DNA from: Phoronis australis
Lineage: Eukaryota; Animalia; Phoronida
NCBI GenBank assembly: GCA_002633005.1
Contig: NMRA01000213.1
Coordinates: 227,892 to 291,891 of the forward strand
Reading direction: 5' to 3'
DNA length: 64,000 nucleotides
The stretch's first letter is position 1. Each line of letters starts with the position of its first letter. A model generated the notes under the pieces. It was not told where the DNA came from, did not search any database, and saw nothing but the letters and a program-made list of their open reading frames with translations. Positions 1-11,797 of the stretch are shown piece after piece. A program made the position numbers and the translations under genes.

Positions 1-3000
1 TTGAAATTCGCGCACAGTGCTAATCATACTGATCTATTTTGAGAAATAACTACAGGGAACAAAGTAAATCGCTGTCAATGAAATCTGGTAAAGTTATGTT
101 TATCTAAGCTTGATTGGCAGTAAACTGTCTCAACTTTGCAATTATAATTCAGACAATGGAAGCAACAATTCTCCATGACCCAGCAGACAACAGAATATTG
201 CAAATCAAACACAATTTCCGTACGAATATTAGCAAGCCCGTCCTATTTCCTTTGACATAGTCAACTGTCTTTTTCCTCGACTCTTGAACCTAACGACATA
301 ATTATCTAAAATTGAACTAAATGTCAGAAACACAAAGACGTTTTCTTTGCTTACTTCCCCAGCCTGTTGTTTGTGATCATTCGCATAGAATCTAATTAAA
401 GTCTAATATCGTCCAGGTAATTGTTTATGATTAAAACTAAATTAACCAGGTAAGAACGAAATTATCGGAGTGCAGCTAATGACTACGTTTGGACCGCAGC
501 ACTTCGACAGGAAAATGCGTTGACGTTTTCATTGATTTAGATTCCACTAATTCTAGAAGCCATCCAAGTTTCATTTTGCACAACCTTCTAACTTAAAATT
601 ATCTTTTTAACTAAAAACTTAACAATATTGCTCGAAGGGGAACTGCGATGATCTCACGACTTGTAGCTTTTCGGGAACTTATCTGTACACGTTCATGCAA
701 CGGATATTTTACTTTATCTACGACCCATGAACACTTAAGTTTTCATCAAATCTCAAACATCATTTACCTGAGCCTTAGCGACGCCTAGAATATAATGCAA
801 GTCGTTTTGTGAGTGTTGGGAATTTAACACTGCTTGGCACGCAAGCATGTTGCAACGCTCACCAACACATATTTAATATCATCGGTCCATGTTTTTCGCG
901 ACACCGCGACCCATACGACGACAATCCTCGGCATAACAAGAGACAGAGGCTCGCCAATATCTAAGTGTTTTACCTACTGGTGAGCGTCAAAATTCCTGAA
1001 TGAAACCAAATCTGACCGAAATAGTCGGCTGTTTAGAAAGTACGACGACAGCTCGCGGTGAATATTTAAAAATCGTGAAACGTAACCCAAGGCAGGCGGC
1101 TAGCTTGAGCTTGTTTTTGATAGTTCCATAAATAAACGTTCTAGCGAAGACAGATACTCGGAATTCGATAATTAGGCTTTGTTTTGGTTTCTATGGATGG
1201 GCATACACTTATTTTGAATATATCGGGATTATGAACCGGGGTTAAATCCGATTCCCCCAAGAATCACGGCGACTGGATTAATGCGTTTGCTGGATATGTT
1301 CCAAATTAAAATCAATCAGCAAGAGAAGTTGCTGGAAACCAATGCATTAAACCATTCGTGAAAGTTACCCGGTGATACTTTCAAATCGTAACAAAACTCG
1401 CAGGCAAACTAATGCGTCGGCCAAGATGGCTACTGCACGTGCAAATGAAGGAAAAGTTGACGTTGACACTCGAGTTCCCTTGAGATTTTGTTAAAGCACA
1501 AAATTAATAGAACAATCGGTTAACGTAGTCTATCGAACGTTATCAGGATTGGGGTTTGAAAAAATTAATTGATTTGAATGTGTCCAGTTGAAGGACATCC
1601 GTGCACGTTTGTATAAGAAAGAGATTTAAACCCTGTTCTCAGCTATTGCACGTAGGCGCAGCCAACTACCTTTTGGCATTTGAACGTAGCGCCTACGTAC
1701 CGTAAGTTACGTTCAGTGCTCAATGTGATACAGTGGGCTATGGGCGCCTACTTACCTCTAATTTTACCACTACAGCAATGACTAAAAGACACGGCGCAAC
1801 GTAAAACACAAAACAGATCACGTGAAGTTTATAATGTGACTATTACCTAGGGTCCTCCCATTTCACAACTTTTGTCACGGTCACTAAACCTTGAGTAATG
1901 AATTAAGACAAGTTAGTTGTTCTTGTTTTTATGGCCATACTGTGGTCAGATTGAACTAGCTCAGAGGTGTTGCTAATATTTGACCCGCCTAAGCAGCGTT
2001 CAATAAAACTTCTACAATTTCTAGACTGATAAGTATGCCTTGATGGAGTCTAGACACGCGCGTAACATTATTTACAACGCCAGGAGAGCTCAGACCACCT
2101 CGTTGGTTTTACCAACACTTGTCCAGACCGTAAAAAAGAACAATGGGCGAACCGCCCGAGGCGATGTAACACAAGGCAGGGTCGAAATTGCTCAAAAAAG
2201 AAGAGATGGTGCGTTAAAATGCTGTCTTTGTGTGCCTATAAAAATTATAACCTGTACAGTCCTTATTATTTACACTGATCGCCAAGGATAATAGCTGGAG
2301 TCGAATTTCTTTCATCGAATATTTTTTACAATAGCTAATAACACTATCAGACCTAAATCAAAGTCCTAAATTTATAATTCCTGATCTCAGTAGCTAAAAC
2401 ACATGGCGAATACATTTCCTACAGTTTCTGTATTGAAGTTCTCGAATAAAATCTTGTATAAATATTTGCTTCGTCTTTGTTTCGTTTTAATCTAAATCTT
2501 CTATCTTCCGTTAAGTGGTCGGTTCGATAAGACGTCCATGTCGACCATCTGGTATTGTTTTAAGTCCTTTTTATCAATGACACGACTGCCCATTCATTCA
2601 TAAAGGACATGCTGCTCGTTGCAGTGCGATTACACGTGTACAACACGTACATACTGTAGAACATCCGGAGACTGTTTCACTAAAATGCCGTGACAGTTTA
2701 CGCCATTTTTTTGCAGATTCTTGAACAGAGACTCACGATCAGTCATAAGTCTTGGCGCAAACCTCCGTTTAGAATTTGTGCGAAAATCGTAAAATTACGA
2801 CGTTTTAGCGAAACAATTCTGAGTAATGGCAAGTCTGGGAGCAATGACCGTAGATTCGAGTGTTGAAATCGTGATACTTGTTATAACAATTACTGTCAAG
2901 GTAAAGACGATGATGATGATAATGACGACAAAGAAGACGACAATGGCGAGGGTACTTATGGTGATGACTACACTATAAACGAGATCAAGTTATATAAATG

Positions 3001-3038
3001 TTGCTGACAACCATTATGGAAGCAAAAATGAGTACCTA

Positions 3039-3293
3039 CATGCGCGCGCACCCAGCCTAAAATGCGGGAGACTCGAATTTTTGAGAATATGGACCTTTTA
3101 CTAAGATTCACGGGGTACGTTCAAAGCTATGAATATTGCATTCGCCGAATGTTGGTAGTTCCTACCTTTTAGTGGACTTTTGTCTCGTTTTCTACTTCCT
3201 TCGGGGTTTTTGTTTTTCTGAGGCGGACCTTTTTGCCCACTTCGCCAAATAAGGGGGCTGGTTCGAGCCCCCTCACCCCTGGGTGCGCGCATG
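3039..3293. mobile_element. MITE family A copy 1 (TIR CATGCGCGCACCCAG), in islet intron 4
   Basis: Begins CATGCGCGCGCACCCAG and ends CTGGGTGCGCGCATG. Internal sequence (gtggacttttgtctcgttt, tgaggcgga, ttcgccaaa) is shared with copies at 44123 and 44619. No TSD recognisable. Confidence 0.8.
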
Positions 3294-3597
3294 GAGCGCT
3301 ACGCAATTCAAATGCCACTTCAACTGGTATGTAATTCTCACAGCAATGGTTAGACACTAGCGCGACGAGTGGAGTCATATATAAATTGTTGACGAGAAAA
3401 CTTCCTTGACCAAGGTGTGATGGCGGGATGACGACGTTGAGGGAGTAATTACGATCAGAGGAATGAAGTTTACAACTGTAGAAAATTCCATACCACTCTC
3501 TACGTCACTTAGAAGTCACGTGTCAGAGCCCAACCAAATGTGACCTCACTCATCGAAGCTGATGACGGCTTTTTAACAAACACGCAAGGAAACTCAC

Positions 3598-3881
3598 CTT
3601 TTCCTGTTGCTGTGCCATTTGCTTCATTAACAAACTCCTCTTTTTATCTTTACACCTTTTGTTTTGAAACCACACCCGGATGACCCTGGGTGATAATCCC
3701 GTCATCTCAACAAGCTGTTCTTTCATAAGAGCGTCAGGTCGAGGGTTGGCGTTGTAGCACGTGCGAAGGGTGTGGAGTTGTTTCTCATTTAGAACTGTGC
3801 GCACGCGAGTTGTCTTGGATTCCTTGTGAACGTGAGGCCTAATGGATCCTGATCGAGTATTAGACATTTGCTCTGCATGCC
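3598..3881 (-). CDS. isl: Islet coding exon 4, homeodomain
   Basis: ttttcag|GG CAT GCA GAG CAA ATG..., translating ..[73 protein letters not shown], ending AAG|gtgagt. This is the diagnostic Islet homeodomain. The start could alternatively be 3872. Downstream exons (Lhx3-binding domain) were not found in 1-3597. Confidence 0.97.
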
Positions 3882-4446
3882 CTGAAAATGTGAGAAAAAC
3901 GCCTGATGATTTATTTGGCAGAATTTAGGTTGCGAAACCTGTCCTCTTCTCACACATAAATGAGCCTTTGCTGCTTTTTGGTATTGGCGCTTGCATTGAT
4001 TGTATACCTTGCGCAAGCGTGTCTTAATCATGTCGAGAGCTCTGATTCAGCTGTTCATGAAAAATGGTTTCATTATGACGTAACCAGAAGTGGAAGCCAA
4101 TCCTTTGTTTGAATCAAAGGAGGAAACGAGTGGACAACACAAAGTCGTTCAAGGGCCCTATTAAACGATACTGTTTATAATTTAAGGACTCAGACAAGTG
4201 CCCTCAAAGGTAAACTATAGACATCTCTAGGGTTGAAGTACTGTCCTTCGCACTGTTAGATCAAGAAAGGATCGTTTTGGGTTACATGTGTTTAGGGCGC
4301 AACTGGCCAATAACAAACAATAACAAAAGAATGTAGCCCTATTGTGATGGCCGTGTACCACAGGCGATTTTCAGAACACGGTGGTATCTGGTGACAATTG
4401 CAACAGTTTTATGGAGCATCCCTTTGAAGTTTTTTTTTTTCGGGAG

Positions 4447-4502
4447 TTCAATCGCAGGTTAATTTTTTATGCAATTCAATCGCAGGTTAATTTTTTATGC
4501 AA
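4447..4502. repeat. 28-bp perfect tandem duplication
   Basis: ttcaatcgcaggttaattttttatgcaa x2. Confidence 0.9.
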
Positions 4503-7500
4503 ATAACCTAAGCTTGAAATATTTGTGTCAATAGGATGTTTCCTCTTATTCCGTCTTTGTACTGTTTTACAAAAGCACTTGCATGACGCTTTGTGTATCT
4601 TGGCCTGGCGTTTAAAGCGAGTCCGACACTGAACTGTGAGATGATCGTTGTGTGATGGTTCCTCGATCTTGCCGCAATAGAATTTTCTTACACCACCTTG
4701 TGGCTTAATGATTGCTGTTTTCCTTCTAACTCGACCGCCGCGTGGCGGATTGTACATTTACCACTGTCGAGAACAAATGTTTATGAAAATAGAAAAAAAT
4801 CAGAGCTACGCAAAAACAGACTCAATCTCGAACGCTTACGGATTGTTTACAGGTGTCACTCTGGCTAAGAACATCAAACATTCGTGATATCAGTGGAAAA
4901 CAAATACAGTCTAACCTTTAACAAAATAAATCCTGTTTTCACTGAAAACAACCGGTCTTATCGTCGCGATAGAGTCAGTTCTTTTTTTGTCGTTTGAATA
5001 CAATGTTGTCTCAACAAAACCTGAGTAAATACCGTTCAGCAATGAATGGTGAACACGGTTCGTGAAAAAAACCCTGTCGCTGGCAAAATAATTAAAGGGG
5101 CAATAAAGAATTCATGGCTTATACCACTCACTTATGAAACCGGTCTCACCACGTGTGTAATGTGGAAAATTCGCTCGTCACAATAAAATCGCGCCCTTGT
5201 CGCAAAAAATCGCTCAAATGGAAACTCTGTGCATGTTCGTGGCTTGTGATCGCCTATCGAGTTTTGATCAAAAAGACATTGGTGACTTGTAGTCTTTGTA
5301 TTACACGACGTGGCCCGTCACGACTCGAGGTATAGACGGCGGGACCACGTCAATATTTCGGCGTTCGTTTTGATATAGCATTTGGACCAAAGTTTTTAAA
5401 AATCTACACTAATGGAATATACTTTGAACTTGGATTCTATGCTGTGGTGCGCTAAATTACATTACGTGACTAAACAATAATTGTTAAGTGGGATCATTCA
5501 ACCAAATTTCAGTCATTTTTTATGAAACAGACCCCAGTTGTTTCTGTTTTGATGACAACGAAGTTTATCAAAACTTAATTTATCATACCTGGATCTCTTG
5601 TCATTAAATATCTATTTGAGTCGTATTCATCCCGATGCTTACACAATGCGCGTTAAATCGGTGTATAAATAGGTTAGGTCTCTTTAGTATGCTGCCGTTG
5701 ATTTGTACCCGAGATATTGAGAAATAAAAACTGGACGAAACAAAAAATTGCGCTTTGATGACCTTTTGAAACACCAAGATTAAAAAGTTTCGCTACCCCA
5801 ATTCCAAGTGCACGTGCAAAACTGTTGGCATAGCGACAAAGATAGGTTTGACGAATGCATTATTCCGTGCAAATTGCTAATTATTGGCTCTGGGCAGTAA
5901 TTATTAATCCACACACTACGCAAACTTTTGAGAACAAGGGTTTATAGAAATCATCCTGATTAAATCTCACACCAAACATACAATTATTTTTTTCATTTGC
6001 TGTGTGTAGTTTGGATTTCACAAGTCAATAAACTATGTGAAACAAGTTCCTTAAAGTTAATTACAACGCCAGTAATTAAGGCGTCGAGCAAAAAATCCTG
6101 AAAACTAGCACGACACTCGCTGTGCAAGAAAAAGAAAGTTTCCTAAATACCGAAGCAATATCCGTCGCAATACTGTTGCAAATCAATTAAAGCAAATGCA
6201 CGTGGAAGTTATGAATATTCATAAACCAACATCGATGACTCAGTTTATGAAACTCTAATGAAACTATGCCAATTTGAACTTTCACTACAGATTGGCTACA
6301 GGTAATTTCCACAGTAGCATATTGTGATATGCTATTTTCATTGAATAATATGCATCAAAGTATAAAAACTTTTAATTTAAGCGATTGGCGGAAACATTTC
6401 ATAAATATTCATGACCAACCACTTGCGAAGCTGCGCATTATACATACGATTGAAGTATGTATTCGTTTCAAAATACTGTTAAGCAGTGTCGCGTTTGATC
6501 CGTGGAGTTATTGAAAACGCTAGTTACCTGTGTTCTGTCTGCAACCTAAGTTATTGTGTTTTACGGGATATCCAGGGTTATATACTATAACCGGGTATTT
6601 TGCTGACGTTACTGGGGTGATCTGGTATTTTCAACAGACCTTAACGAGCTATGAGAACGAAGCACGTTGAACAATAGAACAAGTAATGACGTAGAATGTT
6701 TGATTCTTGTATATGACAATAACACCGAAATCAACTCACAAATTTGCTGGCCTACCTTCATTGAGTTTGCTTTCATAGTCGTGTTATAAACTTAAGTCAT
6801 AGTAAGCTTGAACTATGTTTAGTATTTAACCCAGTCACATACGCTCGGCACCAGGCCGAGACTTTGAGATAACCACCGACTTGTAGAAAATTTGAGAGAC
6901 TCTCACTAAGTCAATTGTCGAAATGATTCCCCAGTGGTTTGTCTACGCCTGACCTATAATCATCACCGTCTGCTTATTCAGTTCTCGTAGTCACGCGGTT
7001 TATTAATCCAGGATTAGGACACTGTTCTATTCCCACGGGTATGCAAAGATAAACCACGCCATGTCCTGCGCCGTAGATCGTCATAATTTAATTGATACAA
7101 GTACAGGTATTGTCCATTTTGATTTATGGACCACAAAATAACGTCCCGCAGGGCACAGCAGGGAATAAGAAACGCTGGCCAATATAGGCGCATTTGCCCA
7201 GAAATTTTAATGAGTCCAGGCCCACCCAAGCACAGTAAGGCGACCCACAGGTGTAAAGGGGTGGGTAGATCAAGGATTCCCCTGTGGCCTGAGGGAGGAA
7301 TGAGTTAACAAGGGCTGTCCACAAGAAAAGTCCGCAAAAAGATTATGATTGCCCGAGCACTTTTAAGCTGCCTGAAAAGATCGGCGTTAATCAACTCGAA
7401 AATTCACTTGGCGTAAACCGTCGGTCACTGAATGGGTTTAACGGGGCATGAACAAGCCAAAAGATGTACAGCCGTTACCAAGTCGGAGGTTGAAGATTTC

Positions 7501-8843
7501 AGGTGAATAGCGATTTAAAGTTTACCACTTGTTAACAATATTTAGTACATTTCGCATACTTTGAACTAGTTAAGAGCCGTCCGTTGACTCGTTTATGAAT
7601 ATGTTGTCAAAATTGTTAATTAATCTTTAGTTATGTGCTTGTATATGTAAATATAATTCATCAAGTCATAAAAGTTCATTAAGAAATTCATGATTAATAA
7701 AAAGCCAATCCAAATTTTTTATTCATAAGAAGTCTTTTTTGTTTGTAAGACTTGTCCTATCAACCTATTTTATAATAATGTTTTACAATGATGATAAAAT
7801 CTCTGATCTTTTCGCTGCTGCTCTACATTTGTGGGATGTTAGACTTTCTGGTCAAAATGGTTTATTTTGTGTATTAAATATGCCACTTTTTCTGGGAAAA
7901 GAATTGTTAACGCAGCAATACAACATAGCCGATGCCGTGAAACGATTGAACTAGAGCAAAATAATTATCTGAATTTTCCTTTGTGGATCAGCGCAAATCC
8001 GACAAATATGCCACAAATTAAAAACGATATTCTATTGGCTCCCCTGAGACTACGTAGTTGATGGACGTCGAAGCGAGTGGAGCGTGTTAAAACACGATGG
8101 TAATATTGAAAACTCATCACTGTACTGTCCCCAGCGAGTTATAATGAATCACATCTTTTTGGGAAATCGACATGTGTTTGAGCCACATGACTGAAACCTT
8201 GAGAGAAGTTCACGGCAAATTGTTAACACTAGATCGGATCATTCTAAAAATTATGAAAATTAGTATACAAGCAATGTGCTGATAGATGTAGATGTACCAC
8301 ACACACGTTATAAAGTTCTGACAATGAAATGAGACCTTGCCAAATTGATTGCCAACCATTCTTTATCAATGTGTTGACCAGCTTAGTTCACGATCACTAA
8401 TTATGAATGCACACATTCCGCAATGTCATGATTGTCTAATCTTTCTAAAATCAGGCATAGACCAATCATTTTGCTAAACCAACTAGTTTGTCGAGTTACG
8501 TTCCTATTGCTAACGCGCACGCGCTTTGCAAAACCTCTCCGCGACGTGGTGTTGAAAAAGCAGACACAATGTAAATAAAGGCCAGAGGAAGATATAAGTA
8601 GGCCCTCCAACAGGCAGATGGGAGTCTCCAAGGGATTAGTGGCGCGGATTAGCGCGCGGCATGTGATTAGGCTCGCGCACTAACAATCTAATCGGTGCTG
8701 ACGAGACTCAAACATACATACATTACGGCTAGAAAGAGAAAATTTAGATATAAACAAAAGTCTCTTGAGGCTGTTTCATAACTTGAACGTTATGAGATGG
8801 ACATGGTTCCGCCTTTGCCTCAACTACAGAGCTCAAAGGGACA

Positions 8844-8908
8844 CTCGCTGGTTCCCTGCGTGCCGCTAGGTGGTGCTGGCTGGGCTAAGCACGCAGGGAA
8901 CCAGCGAA
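8844..8908. mobile_element. 65-bp hairpin mini-element flanked by 9-bp direct repeats (Mutator-like MITE?)
   Basis: 19-bp perfect inverted arms TCGCTGGTTCCCTGCGTGC (8845-8863) and GCACGCAGGGAACCAGCGA (8889-8907). AAAGGGACA occurs at 8835-8843 and 8909-8917. Confidence 0.7.
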
Positions 8909-11513
8909 AAAGGGACAATGTATCAGCGCCTCCTGTAGACCACTTACTGTAATGAATTAATCTAATTTTGTTCCTAACCGTAGAGACTAGAAATGATTTC
9001 TAGGCTTGGTCAGACCTAATCGTACCTCAGACTAGGCCCATTAATTTACTTGACACGGCGGGTTAGTTAGACTTTCAGTTGCAGGCAGAGTGACCCTCAG
9101 AGGAATACCACTTCTATTTTCAATTCAAAGAAGGATAAGACGTGGTTATAGAAGAGAAAAAAGGCCCTTGAAGAAAGTCGATGTTTTTAACACCACAATA
9201 GGGTTCATAGTGGCTTCGGTCAATGGATTTCAGCGAGAAAGACGTGAAAGTGTACCTAGCGTGGGCATTAAAGGTTCATTAGCAAGCAGCCAAGAGAGAG
9301 CGATCAATGGAACAGCCAATGTCCCAATATTAATTACAAGTGAAGTCCAACCATGCCCATTTAGTGCTGAGTGTCGAACAATGTCTGCAAATCACGACGA
9401 CACTAACTGATTAACATGTATCATCCCTGTGCAACTCCATCTTATACACAGGATCAACTTTAAAAGCGTCCCAGTGATTATTCACCTAATTCAGTGGCCA
9501 AGAACACACCACTGAGCTTTGCATGCCCGCGCTCGATTGAGGAATTATATAAAAAGTCGAATAGGACATACGACGAGAGGCAGATCAAGCGTTCACAATG
9601 GCGTCCTATCTGCCAGCTAGCTATTAGTTAGCCTAACATTAAATGCAAATGCTACTATTCTGACCAATCACGTGCGACCATCCGCAAATCTCGTCAGTGA
9701 AATATAGGCTTCGGTATGCAGGCAGATCCGCCGTCGAATGAATGTTGACATGAGCATTTCTTCAGACGACAGATCAGAGCTCCGATTTGCCTTCTGAACG
9801 TCATACAAATTTGAGTTTTTTTTCTTCGAGACAAGCCAAGTTTATGTGAATTATCGCTTGCGTCAGAGTAGGTGAACATCTATGTTGGGAAAACACCAGG
9901 TCGTTATCATCGGAGGCACGTGACTAAGACCACGTGACTTCGATGAACAACGCAAATTGTTATTGTTTCGCTGCCGATCAAAGAAATTAACGACACTTGA
10001 AACAGTGAAACCGATATTTTTATTCATGGATACGCGTGCCGCTCAAGTAATTAGGCAACGTTTTGCTGATCACGAATAATTAACGATAAAACATTTCTTG
10101 CCACAAAAATAGGACATTGCATGAGACTTTTACCGTGGAAATCAAAATCCAAGCTATTGTTGAATTTTTGCATTAATTTTGTCCTCTATTTTACGTCATA
10201 TTATTCTAAGAGTACTGAACGCCGCATGTTGAGAAAATCGGCCAGCAAACCAAGCATTTTAAAAACAATTCCCTGACTACGTAGTGCATCGGTTAAGGTA
10301 AATAAAACAAGCCGATGCGACTATCTGAAGTTTAATCCATGATGCCCATTTACGAATGCGAATGATCCACCGGTTCTGGTGTCATCGTCACAGTTGCCAG
10401 TCACTTGGATGTAGTTTTGAATTATGCACTAATGTAGAGAACTCGCGTCGCTCCATATGAACGACTCGGTGTTCACTTCACAGTGTATACGCAACATTTC
10501 TATAAGTTGGACAACGATCCTTACACCGACAACTGGCAATTTGATTGGCAGGTCAGTGTAGACTTGGATATAAAACAGTGAAAAACAGATTCATCGGTCA
10601 TATTAGGTGATGTCAAACCCATTAGACGCTCAAGTAAATCACCTATAGACACATGAACCAATATCGCACTCACAACCGAGCCACCGGTAGCCGCAAGACA
10701 TGCATATGGTATTTTACGCTAATAGAAGGTTAATTGCGCGGTCTAATACACTGCGCAGTCCCAGTCGCCATTCAAAGATCTGGTTTTAGTTAGGACGTTC
10801 TAGCATACAGCACTTGACAGGGGCATTGACTCAGAAGTCGGCAGTTATGAAATACGTCTCTCTGCCAATCAAAAATTGTGTAAGATTACCACGGTGAATA
10901 TTTGGAATACACTTCCTCTGCTCAGGACTGTCATCTTGATAGGCGAAATGTAAACATTTACTTGACGACGTAAATAGTCCTACGATCATTGCTCGCGTTC
11001 ATTTGCAGCTATTTAAGTCAATGTGAAATTAAACACGTTAAAGTAACTCTCATCGATACGAAAGGTATAGATAAAAAGATACACAACATTTAACGTATAC
11101 AGACAGTAAAATCAAATAAAAACCCAAGACTATGAAACTGTTCCCTGAATTTTGTAACTGTTATGCTCGCCTGTTTTCTTTCTTGTGATCAATTAGTTTT
11201 AAATTAGCGACAACACGTGCATTTTATACATTCATCACAAACACAACTTTAAAAAACATATCTCCAACCATATCGAGCTCTTACAATAGCACGAACGATG
11301 GCACAATATATAGCTTTTACAATGGACTATTTTGAAAGATTTGTTTGCATAATTACGTGAAATAATGCAGACTACAAGAGACAGTGACTCTTTTTATCAG
11401 CAACTTCTGTCCTGCTTGCAAAGGTAACTGAAAAATGTAATTTGAACACAGGTTCCATTTTAGGTACCATAAAGAGCATTTCAAATTAAGCTGACAATCC
11501 AAAAAATACTTAC

Positions 11514-11797
11514 CGGCTAACTGCAGGCCAGAACCTAATCTGGGATCGTTGTTATTGTTATGCGGAGGTGTCATGTCACCGCCATTTTGGTGTGCCTGAG
11601 CACGCTCTACTACATCGTGGTCCGCCTTACAAAATAGTCCATCCTCCCTGAGCGCAAACTCATCTCCTGGAATTAATTGTCGACTGCATGCGACGCACCG
11701 AAAACAGTCTATGTGATATATTTTTGTACGAGCTCTCATGACAAAGTCATTTTTGTTAAATCCCAGATTGCACTTCGCACACTTCGTTCCAAATAAT
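11514..11797 (-). CDS. isl: Islet coding exon 3, LIM2 domain and linker
   Basis: ttttcag|A TTA TTT GGA..., translating [66 protein letters not shown]...GLQLA, ending GCC G|gtaagt. 284 nt; phase-2 start matches the end of exon 2. Confidence 0.97.

Noticed and set aside
2905-2970. Acidic peptide-like stretch DDDDDNDDKEDD
   Set aside because: A degenerate (GAT/GAC)n simple repeat antisense to the gene, with no exon context.
3550-3597. Read-through extension [15 protein letters not shown] of the homeodomain ORF
   Set aside because: It begins exactly at a consensus AAG|gtgagt donor at the conserved Islet intron position, so it is intron sequence; there is no evidence for retention.
1-3597. Search for islet exons 5-6 (GTPMVA..SP, PPWK.L..FAL motifs)
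   Set aside because: No matching minus-strand sequence found by eye; they are probably outside the window.
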